A stretch of 32,000 nt of DNA, taken from assembly GCF_000196355.1 (NCBI RefSeq), contig NC_007614.1, positions 3,060,001-3,092,000 of the forward strand, read 5' to 3'. Within the stretch, counting starts at the first letter, position 1. The number at the start of each line of letters is the position of its first letter. The stretch is from Nitrosospira multiformis ATCC 25196 (lineage in GTDB: Bacteria; Pseudomonadota; Gammaproteobacteria; Burkholderiales; Nitrosomonadaceae). The notes beneath the pieces are model-generated. The model made no database searches and was not told the origin of the DNA. It saw only the letters and a program-made list of their open reading frames with translations. A program made the translations under genes and the position numbers. Positions 24,965-32,000 of the stretch are shown here, in pieces.

Positions 24965-25873
24965 CTATCCCGCCGCCCCCAGGCACTCCGCAACAGTGGG
25001 ATAGCGCAGATGTACGCGCAACTCCTGCTTGATCCGCATATTGGTCAGTCGTCGCGACTCCTGCATGAATGAGAGCATGCCGGGTGCGATGCGGCCTTCT
25101 GCTTCGGCACGAGGAACGCGCGAAGGCCGCGGCAAAGCAAATCTATCCGCTACGAGATCGAAATATTCGCCCATTTTCAGGTTTGAATCATCGCACGCAT
25201 GGTAAACCCTTCCTGGTCGCGCATATCGGAGCGCAGCAACAACGATGCGCACAAGATCGTCCGCATGAATATGATTGGTATAACCGTCGTCTTCCGACGC
25301 CAGCACTGGCGCCCCCTCACGCAGGCGTGCGAGCGGCAGGCGATCGCCGGCGTAAATCCCGGGTACACGAAGAATCGAAACATTCACACCGTTGCGCAGT
25401 CCCCAATGGCGAACACGCCTTTCCGCATCCGCCCGGCGCACTGCACGTTCCGTCAGAGGATTGATCGCCCGCGTCTCGTTTACCAGAGCTCCCTTGCAAT
25501 CCCCATATACCCCGCTGGTGCTGATGTAGATAAAGCGTTGTGGTAACATTGAGCGCTTCATTTTTGGTCGCCTCGTCAGGGCCGCCAGAAGATGCGCGGT
25601 ACGGGTATCAGTGCGACCGCGCGCGGGAGGCGGAGCAAGATGTAAAACGGCATCTGCCGCACCTGCAAGTTTATCAAGGCTGTCGGGTATGTCGAGATCG
25701 CCGGATACAGGCGTAATCCCTAGCGAACGCAGCGAAGCACATTGCTCGGGCTTCCGGTACAGGCCCAGCAATCGGTAATGCGTTAGCAGCAGGGGAGCCG
25801 CTCGCAGGGCGATATCACCGCAACCGACGATCAAGAGTGTTCGCTTTATCGTTTTCATGTTAGTTACCGACAT
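24965..25873 (-). CDS. NAD(P)-dependent epimerase/dehydratase-like SDR family protein
   Basis: Rossmann N-terminus LLIVGCGDIALRAA, STSGVYGD, and extended-SDR-like length (302 aa). The start could be the ATG at 25873 or the one at 25858. Confidence 0.7.
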   Translation of the reverse strand: MSVTNMKTIKRTLLIVGCGDIALRAAPLLLTHYRLLGLYRKPEQCASLRSLGITPVSGDLDIPDSLDKLAGAADAVLHLAPPPARGRTDTRTAHLLAALTRRPKMKRSMLPQRFIYISTSGVYGDCKGALVNETRAINPLTERAVRRADAERRVRHWGLRNGVNVSILRVPGIYAGDRLPLARLREGAPVLASEDDGYTNHIHADDLVRIVVAALRYARPGRVYHACDDSNLKMGEYFDLVADRFALPRPSRVPRAEAEGRIAPGMLSFMQESRRLTNMRIKQELRVHLRYPTVAECLGAAG

Positions 25874-25914
25874 TCCATTTTTATTTTTGCTGGCTCATCC
25901 GTAATCGTAATCAG

Positions 25915-26964
25915 ATGTCTCATCAAATTACTATCCAGCCGAGCGGACACAGGTTTTTCGCCCAGCCTGGCGAGACTGTTCTCCAGGCCGCGCTCCGGGA
26001 AGGTTTTCCGCTCCCCTATGGGTGCCGCAATGGCGCTTGCGGGACCTGCAAGGGCAAAATCATACAGGGAACAGTGGATTTCGGCAGCTATAACGAGAAC
26101 GCTCTGACGGAAACGGAAAAACAGGCGGGAATGGCATTGTTTTGCCGGGCCGTACCCCTCTCGGAACTTGTCATTGAATGCCGCGAAATCGGCGCCATAA
26201 AGGACATCAAGATCAAAACCCTTCCATGCCGGGTGCAGAAGCTCGAACGGGTCGCACCCGATGTGATGATCATCTCCCTCAAGCTTCCCACCAACGAACG
26301 GCTGCAATTTCTGGCGGGGCAGTATATCGACATCCTGATGAAAAATGGCAAGCGCCGTAGTTTTTCACTGGCCAACGCGCCCCATGACGATGAGCTGCTT
26401 CAGTTACATGTGCGTAATTATCCGGGCGGCGCGTTCGCCGAGCATGTGTTCATGCAGATGAAAGAGAGGGATATTCTCCGCTTTGAAGGACCGCTCGGCA
26501 CGTTCTTTCTGCGCGAAGACTCGGACAAGCCGATCATCTTTGTCGCCAGCGGCACGGGATTTGCACCGGTCAAGAGCATCCTCGAGGATGTATTTCACGG
26601 GCCCAATCCCCGCGGCCATGAGCGGCAGATCGTGCTCTATTGGGGAAACCGTACCAGAGCTGACCTGTATGCCCCTGAATTGGCAGGAAGCTGGCAACAG
26701 GAACATGACAATTTTACTTTTATTCCTGTGCTGTCGGAGCCGCTACCCTCTGACAACTGGAACGGAAGGACCGGCCTGGTGCATCAGGCTGTGCTGGAGG
26801 ATTTCGACGATCTCAGCGGCTATCAGGTGTATGCGTGCGGCACGCCGCCCATGGTCGAAGCCGCTCACAGGGATTTCACGCGCCTGCGCGGCCTTCCGGA
26901 AGAAGAATTCTTTTCGGATGCATTCATCACTTCAGCCACTTCAGCCAGTCCGCCAAAAGCATGA
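25915..26964 (+). CDS. 2Fe-2S ferredoxin / FAD-NAD(P)H oxidoreductase (AscD/CDP-6-deoxy-delta-3,4-glucoseen reductase-like)
   Basis: N-terminal plant-type ferredoxin CRNGACGTCKGK...C. FNR-like module with RSFSLAN (RxYS-type FAD site) and FVASGTGFAPVKS (NAD(P)H site). Confidence 0.85.
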   Translation: MSHQITIQPSGHRFFAQPGETVLQAALREGFPLPYGCRNGACGTCKGKIIQGTVDFGSYNENALTETEKQAGMALFCRAVPLSELVIECREIGAIKDIKIKTLPCRVQKLERVAPDVMIISLKLPTNERLQFLAGQYIDILMKNGKRRSFSLANAPHDDELLQLHVRNYPGGAFAEHVFMQMKERDILRFEGPLGTFFLREDSDKPIIFVASGTGFAPVKSILEDVFHGPNPRGHERQIVLYWGNRTRADLYAPELAGSWQQEHDNFTFIPVLSEPLPSDNWNGRTGLVHQAVLEDFDDLSGYQVYACGTPPMVEAAHRDFTRLRGLPEEEFFSDAFITSATSASPPKA

Positions 26965-27055
26965 TGTTTTCTTCCTTGCGCCCCTCTTCCCAGCTCTGCG
27001 AAACGACATCGGGAATGGAACAGAGTCTGAAGGACTTCCGGCACTACTCCATCCA

Positions 27056-28270
27056 TTATTCGGCCATTGCGGCTGTTTCCAGCTGCCTTACAGCCAGTTC
27101 CAGTCCTTTGCCGTAGTGCTCCCTTGCCAGTTCGGGCTGCCCGAGCTTCTCATTCAGCTGTCCCAACGCGAGGTGCGCCGCATATCCCGGTTTGACCGAT
27201 AAACTGGCTTCAAGATAGCTCTGAGCCTTGCCCCACAGTTCCCCATTGACGCAGAGCTTTCCCAGAGCTAGCAGCAGGGATGCATCACTGGAATGCCTTT
27301 CAAGCCATGCCTCGGCACGTTCTATCTGCCGCAAGGGATCGCTGCCGGCGCATTCCGCATAGAGCCTGGCCAATTCCGAATCCCATTGGGTCTCCAGGCT
27401 CTGCTCGACTATATGATGCACCATGGCGCAATCTCCTGTTGCAGAAAACGCGCGTGCGGCCGCAGCAGCAACTTTGCCATCCTTTTTTTCCGACGGAGAC
27501 AGGCTCTCCCAATACTCCTTCAGTGCCTGCGGATTCAACATTCTGCTTCTGAGATTCTCTATATGCGCTCTGCCTCTCAGTTGTTTTACGAGGCTTGCCT
27601 CAGGACCATCGTGCTGTTCCAGCTGGCCGAGCAATTCAAGCACCGCATTCCAGTTTCCAACGTTCTGCTGGGCTTCCAGCTCCAGCTTCAGGGCACCCGG
27701 ATGTCGGCGCAACTCGCCGGGAGGCAGGTGGTGCAGCAGCCGGAGCGCTTCTTCAGGTCGATGTTCGTCCAGAAGCAATTCAGCCTGTGTCATCAGCCGC
27801 AATGCCACTTCTTGCGGCGCGCTGGTTTCGGCCTGTGCAATGAACTCGTCCCGGCGGGAATAATTTCGCAATCCATGGGCTGCACGCGCGGCAACGATGG
27901 CATTGATGGCGCTGAAAGCGGTGGAATCCTCCATTTTCAGGACGGTGGCGGCGGATTTCTCCGCCTTCGCATAACGCCGCTCGAAAAACGCCTTGAGACC
28001 CTCCAGCGTTCCTTCCAGAGCCTTTTCCCGACGCCTGCGAGTGCGAAATTCACTCAGCTCGGCAGGCAGCCGGGCGGTAAATGCAATAAGTCGCATTCCC
28101 AGGTAACCCATCAAAATGATGGCCAGCAGCAATAGCACCAGCAGATTCAGCGACAGCTCTATACGATAGGGCTGGGCGACAATCAGCACGTAGCCGCTGT
28201 TATAAGTGGCGGCGATGGTAACCGCCACGGCAATCATGAACAGGGCCAGAAGCCAGAGCGCCCCCTTCAC
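27056..28270 (-). CDS. hemY: HemY-like heme-biosynthesis-associated TPR membrane protein
   Basis: GTG start in a GTGA overlap with the hemX stop. It has two N-terminal TM helices (HemY_N-like) and a TPR-like C-terminal half, and is the last gene of the hemC-D-X-Y order. Confidence 0.8.
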   Translation of the reverse strand: MKGALWLLALFMIAVAVTIAATYNSGYVLIVAQPYRIELSLNLLVLLLLAIILMGYLGMRLIAFTARLPAELSEFRTRRRREKALEGTLEGLKAFFERRYAKAEKSAATVLKMEDSTAFSAINAIVAARAAHGLRNYSRRDEFIAQAETSAPQEVALRLMTQAELLLDEHRPEEALRLLHHLPPGELRRHPGALKLELEAQQNVGNWNAVLELLGQLEQHDGPEASLVKQLRGRAHIENLRSRMLNPQALKEYWESLSPSEKKDGKVAAAAARAFSATGDCAMVHHIVEQSLETQWDSELARLYAECAGSDPLRQIERAEAWLERHSSDASLLLALGKLCVNGELWGKAQSYLEASLSVKPGYAAHLALGQLNEKLGQPELAREHYGKGLELAVRQLETAAMAE

Positions 28271-29316
28271 CTGTTTCCCCGGTCACGCGTCAACCTGTAG
28301 TTACGAACCGCATCGAGACTTGCGGAGATACGCGGCAACTCAGCCCCGATATCAGTCTCGCCCAATTGCTGCAATGCTTCCCGGAAATCGATGACAGGTT
28401 GGGCTTGAGTGTTGTAATAACGCCCGATCTGCTCCCTGGACGCGTCGAGGTCAGCCTTGAAGCTGGGGCCGTTGTGCGCAAGCAACGCATAGCGCGCGGA
28501 TAAGAGCCGCAACTTCAAATTCTCGCGCAGGAAATACGCTTGCGAGGGCGACAGCAGGGCGACATCCGGGCTGTCCATATACTGTATCCGCACCAGCCGT
28601 TTGAAATCCTCCCATACTTGACGCAGAAAGCGCAGCCATACATTTTCGGAGATGGGAACGGGAGGCGGGGAAGAGGCGCTCTCAGGCGGTCGAAACTCCA
28701 TTGCCAGCGGCAGCGTATCGACGGAGGCGGCAAGATTATCCAGGCGCAAACTGATTTCCGTGGTGTCAACATACGGCACCGATTTCAGCAGACCCATATC
28801 CTTTGCAATGGTTTTCCGCAAAGAAGCCAGTTGCGGACGATCCGTGCGCAGGAGCCGGCTATCCGCCTCCTGCATTGCAATCAGGGCGGATTTGACGTTG
28901 CTTGCTAGTTGCAGTTGCTGGTTGGCGATAAGCAGTAGCTGCTCCACTTCTTCCAGCATTGCTTCATCGCGGCTTCGCGTAAGTTCCTGGTAAAGCGCTT
29001 CCAGGGCAACCTGCTGACTCTGCGATTCAGCCAGTTTATCTTCAAGAAGGTCGAGCTTCGTTTCCGCACGGCGTCCCGCCTCGACGGCATCGGCTGCGGC
29101 ATTGCGCGCCTCCTTGCCCGAAGTATCCGCCTCGGCCAGTCGTCTTGCCAGCTCATGCCGCAGCCCTGCGATTTCACTGCGCGTGTCGTACCATTGCCAG
29201 GCGAAAACCAGGATCAGAATCAAAGCAAAAACCAGCAGGGGATTGGCGTGCGCAAGCCATCTCGCCCCTGCTTTCTGCGGTTGATCAATATCAGCAGACT
29301 GAGTTTCCATGCCCAT
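28267..29316 (-). CDS. hemX: HemX-like protein (often annotated uroporphyrinogen-III C-methyltransferase)
   Basis: It has a single TM helix followed by a long coiled-coil region, and sits between hemD and hemY. Confidence 0.75.
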   Translation of the reverse strand: MGMETQSADIDQPQKAGARWLAHANPLLVFALILILVFAWQWYDTRSEIAGLRHELARRLAEADTSGKEARNAAADAVEAGRRAETKLDLLEDKLAESQSQQVALEALYQELTRSRDEAMLEEVEQLLLIANQQLQLASNVKSALIAMQEADSRLLRTDRPQLASLRKTIAKDMGLLKSVPYVDTTEISLRLDNLAASVDTLPLAMEFRPPESASSPPPVPISENVWLRFLRQVWEDFKRLVRIQYMDSPDVALLSPSQAYFLRENLKLRLLSARYALLAHNGPSFKADLDASREQIGRYYNTQAQPVIDFREALQQLGETDIGAELPRISASLDAVRNYRLTRDRGNR

Positions 29317-29377
29317 GATTGCGTAGGAGCAAAATTGTGTTGGCGCCCTTCGCCGCTGTTACCTTTGCCGTCACCTT

Positions 29378-30160
29378 TCAACCCATGTGGCCGGAAAAAT
29401 AATCCTGCAAACCCGCTACCAGCCCATCGTCCCCGGCAGCGGTAACAATCACGCGGTTAAATCCCAATTTCCGTGCCACCCCCGCGATGCGCTCATGGGA
29501 AACGAACAAGGGCGTATTTTCAAGCCATGTTCTGCCTGAGTCGCCCACCATCTCCCATAAATTGCGCAAACCTTCACTGCTGGTGACGGTAACCCCGTTC
29601 ATCTCACCCCGCGTCCAGGCTGCGAGAAGCGGTCCAATTTCCGCTTCCGGCCGTATCCGGCGGTAACACTCCGCGTATTCGACAGAAGCGCCGCGTTTCC
29701 TCAGGGTTTCCCCCAGCAGTTCGCGTCCGTTGTCGCCCCGAAAAATGATGATTCGCTTGCCCGCTACATTGATGCGATCCAATTCTGCCATATCGAGCAA
29801 GGCCTCGCTGTCGAACCGCACCGCAGGCACGATTACTCCGCTCACGCCGAATCGTCGCAGCGTTCTGGCAGTGCCCTGACCGACTGTCGCAATTTTGAGA
29901 TCGGACGGCAATGCGCGTTTCGCGCATATGACGCTCATCGCCTTATTGACGGCGTTGGGGCTGACAAAAATCGCCAGATAGAATTCATCCAGGCGCTCGA
30001 TCAATTCGAGCAATGGGCGTGGGTCAGAGATATCCTGAATCTCCAGGACCGGAAACAGGCAGGGTTCTCCGCCTGCTGCTCGTATTTTCCCAGCGAGCCC
30101 CCCCGCCTGATGGGAAGGACGCGTGACCAGGATATGGATCCCGGTCAGCGGCTTGCTCAC
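29378..30160 (-). CDS. hemD: uroporphyrinogen-III synthase
   Basis: 260 aa. ILVTRP...IFVSPNAV...VGQGTA...VTSSEGL is the HemD pattern. The GTG start overlaps the hemC stop (GTGA). Confidence 0.85.
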   Translation of the reverse strand: MSKPLTGIHILVTRPSHQAGGLAGKIRAAGGEPCLFPVLEIQDISDPRPLLELIERLDEFYLAIFVSPNAVNKAMSVICAKRALPSDLKIATVGQGTARTLRRFGVSGVIVPAVRFDSEALLDMAELDRINVAGKRIIIFRGDNGRELLGETLRKRGASVEYAECYRRIRPEAEIGPLLAAWTRGEMNGVTVTSSEGLRNLWEMVGDSGRTWLENTPLFVSHERIAGVARKLGFNRVIVTAAGDDGLVAGLQDYFSGHMG

Positions 30161-31122
30161 GGATGGCTCACGGGGTCAACCGCTTTCGATTCCAGCGCTA
30201 CCAGAATCTCTTCCGCACCCTTTGCCTTCAGGTTCTTTGCCAGCTGCGCTCCTATCGAAGCGCAATCATCAGGGCTCCCGTTCAGCTCATCGCTTACCAT
30301 GCGTATTCCATCCTGGCTGGCGACAAATCCGCGCAACCTAAGCACATGTCCGTCGATTTCAGCAAAGCCTCCCAAGGGCACTTCGCAACTGCCACCCAGG
30401 GCGCGACTCATGGCGCGCTCGGCTTCGACGCAGCGTGCAGTGGGAATATGATGCAGCGGTTCCATGAGCTTGATCAAATCCGAGCGATCTGCACGACACT
30501 CAATACCCAAAGCGCCTTGCCCTACTGCGGGCAGACTGAGATCGGGACTTAGCAGGGCGGTTATGCGCTCCGCAAGCCCCAGCCGTTTCAATCCCGCTGC
30601 CGCCAGAATGATCGCTGCGAATTGACCCTCATCCAGCTTGCGCAAACGCGTCTGGACGTTGCCCCGCAACGGCTGCACCTGCAAATGGGGAAAGCGCGCG
30701 CGCAACTGGCTTTCACGGCGAAGACTGGAAGTGCCCACTACGCTCCCCGGCGGAAGCGCATCCAGCCTCGCATACTTGTTGGAGACAAACGCATCCCGCG
30801 GATCTTCACGCTCCGTAATCGCTGCCAGCGCGAATCCGGCCGGCATATCCATCGGCACATCCTTCATCGAATGCACGGCGATGTCAGCCCGCCCGTCCTC
30901 CAGCGCCTGTTCCAGTTCTTTGATGAACAAACCTTTTCCGCCGATTTTGGATAGCGTCACATCAAGAATCTGATCACCCCGGGTCGTCATTCCGGATATT
31001 TGAAACTCCATTTGCGGGTATAATTCTGCCAGTCGATCCCGGATGAAATTGGCCTGCCACAGGGCAAGGGCGCTTTCCCGTGTCGCGATAACTATTTTAT
31101 TGGGAGTGGATGAATTAGGCAT
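30157..31122 (-). CDS. hemC: porphobilinogen deaminase (hydroxymethylbilane synthase)
   Basis: [38 protein letters not shown] and RGNVQTRL..L are present, along with the cofactor-binding Cys context [12 protein letters not shown]. The ORF track starts at 31245, but [15 protein letters not shown] (ATG at 31122) gives the normal length. Confidence 0.9.
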   Translation of the reverse strand: MPNSSTPNKIVIATRESALALWQANFIRDRLAELYPQMEFQISGMTTRGDQILDVTLSKIGGKGLFIKELEQALEDGRADIAVHSMKDVPMDMPAGFALAAITEREDPRDAFVSNKYARLDALPPGSVVGTSSLRRESQLRARFPHLQVQPLRGNVQTRLRKLDEGQFAAIILAAAGLKRLGLAERITALLSPDLSLPAVGQGALGIECRADRSDLIKLMEPLHHIPTARCVEAERAMSRALGGSCEVPLGGFAEIDGHVLRLRGFVASQDGIRMVSDELNGSPDDCASIGAQLAKNLKAKGAEEILVALESKAVDPVSHP

Positions 31123-31193
31123 TCCTATTAAAATAAACAAAAGTTTGGAAATCCTGCCAGTGCTTATTTTACCATGGAGGATGCCAAAGCCGG

Positions 31194-31228
31194 ACTGAAG
31201 TAGCAAACTGAAGTGCCAAACTAAGTAC
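31194..31228. repeat. 13-bp tandem repeat (~2.6 copies: ACTGAAGTAGCAA / ACTGAAGTGCCAA / ACTAAGTAC) in the hemC-ppc divergent promoter region
   Basis: Read directly. The palindrome GGGCA-TG-TGCCC follows at 31232-31243, 26 bp before the ppc ATG. Confidence 0.45.
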
Positions 31229-31268
31229 TTAGGGCATGTGCCCACATCTTCCAGAGAAGAGGTTGTTT

Positions 31269-32000
31269 ATGGCATCGCTCGCTTCCCCAAGCGAAAGTAT
31301 TGATACTAACCCTAATTACATCCATGACAAGGAACCGAAGGATGATCCTCTGCGCGAGGACATCCGCCTGCTCGGACGCATGCTGGGCGACACCCTGCGT
31401 GAACAGGAGGGCGAGCCTACTTTTGATCTGGTAGAAAATATTCGCCAGACAGCTATCCGATTTCGCCGCGACCAGGATCCGAAGGCGCGACAGGAACTGG
31501 ACAGACTGCTTAATCAGTTGAGCAACAAGGCTACCGAAGCAGTTGTTCGCGCATTCAGCCAGTTCTCGCAGCTATCGAACATCGCCGAGGATATGCATCA
31601 CAACCGCCGGCGTCGAAGCTACCTTTTAGCCCGGTCGCAACCACAGGCGGGCAGTGTCGCGCGCGCGCTCGACCTGGTTTTCTCCAAGGAAACAAGCAGC
31701 GCGGCCCTTGGCCGGTTCTTTGACAAAGCGCTCGTTTCGCCGGTGTTGACAGCCCATCCGACGGAAGTGCAGCGAAGAAGCATACTTGACTGCCAGTTGG
31801 CAATTGCTCGCTTGTTGAACGAGCGCGACCGGGTGCAGCTCACCCCGGATGAGCTAAGCAAGAACGAAGAGGGATTGCGCACCAACATTCAAATATTATG
31901 GCAGACGCGCATGCTGCGCTCGGCGCGTCTGTCCGTATATGACGAAATCAAAAATGGCCTGGCCTATTATCACTATACTTTTCTTACAGAAGTGCCGCAT
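31269..32000 (+). CDS. ppc: phosphoenolpyruvate carboxylase, N-terminal 244 aa (continues beyond window end)
   Basis: Absent from the ORF track because it has no stop in the window. My translation reads MASLASPSESIDT...DPLREDIRLLGRMLGDTLREQEG...FSQFSQLSNIAED...VSPVLTAHPTEVQRRSILD, which includes the PEPC signature VLTAHPTE. Confidence 0.9.
   Translation, partial: MASLASPSESIDTNPNYIHDKEPKDDPLREDIRLLGRMLGDTLREQEGEPTFDLVENIRQTAIRFRRDQDPKARQELDRLLNQLSNKATEAVVRAFSQFSQLSNIAEDMHHNRRRRSYLLARSQPQAGSVARALDLVFSKETSSAALGRFFDKALVSPVLTAHPTEVQRRSILDCQLAIARLLNERDRVQLTPDELSKNEEGLRTNIQILWQTRMLRSARLSVYDEIKNGLAYYHYTFLTEVPH

Noticed and set aside
27293-28135. A 280-aa + strand ORF antisense to hemY. Similar antisense ORFs occur at 6183-7022 (ligase), 19387-20070 (DUF748), 500-1117 (oxidase subunit II) and 23181-23771 (dsbD).
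   Set aside because: I confirmed the same codon-register explanation for 27293-28135 and assume it for the others. The sense-strand genes all have strong family motifs, while the antisense translations have none.
31123-31245. A 41-aa N-terminal extension of the hemC ORF.
   Set aside because: HemC homologs begin close to the IVIATRES motif, the extension looks non-protein-like, and the ATG at 31122 gives the usual ~320 aa.

Overview
The window looks like an ordinary chromosomal segment from a ~53% GC proteobacterium. Gene content (PEP-CTERM regulators, hemCDXY divergent from ppc, cutA-dsbD) suggests a betaproteobacterium, possibly Nitrosomonadales-like; that is an unverified guess. I found no rRNA, tRNA, CRISPR array or intact mobile element.

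Layout from left to right:
- 1-991 (minus): a small CuA-type heme-copper oxidase operon, subunit II followed by the partial N-terminus of subunit I.
- 992-2154: a 1.16-kb stretch with no intact gene. It carries tiled frameshifted fragments that look like the C-terminal half of a tyrosine integrase.
- 2155-14909 (all minus strand): 11 co-directional genes. In transcription order they are a DUF2024-like small protein, a secreted S1 protease, an HTH-less degenerate receiver, a VpsT/CsgD-like LuxR regulator, then a 566-bp leader, the PEP-CTERM-type priming sugar transferase, prsK, prsR, an acyl-CoA ligase, a PLP decarboxylase and an AsnB-family amidotransferase. No exosortase, EpsI, ACP or PEP-CTERM substrate gene is in the window.
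- 15248-16927 (plus): an OprO/OprP-family porin with a Pho-box-like site upstream.
- 17023-20220 (minus): a 1065-aa DUF748 envelope protein.
- 20361-32000: DUF2784, a TauE/SafE (TSUP) permease, TlpA-like, dsbD, cutA, an SDR, a 2Fe-2S/FNR reductase, hemY-hemX-hemD-hemC, and the 5' part of ppc.

The most interesting observation is the tandem pair of paralogous degenerate receivers at 12510-13688. They carry WVTR and WIRR at the position of the VpsT c-di-GMP-binding motif and sit directly upstream of the EPS genes. Second is the AsnB paralog, whose glutaminase catalytic residues appear to be lost.

Everything here rests on reading the ORF translations and the DNA by eye. No searches were run.
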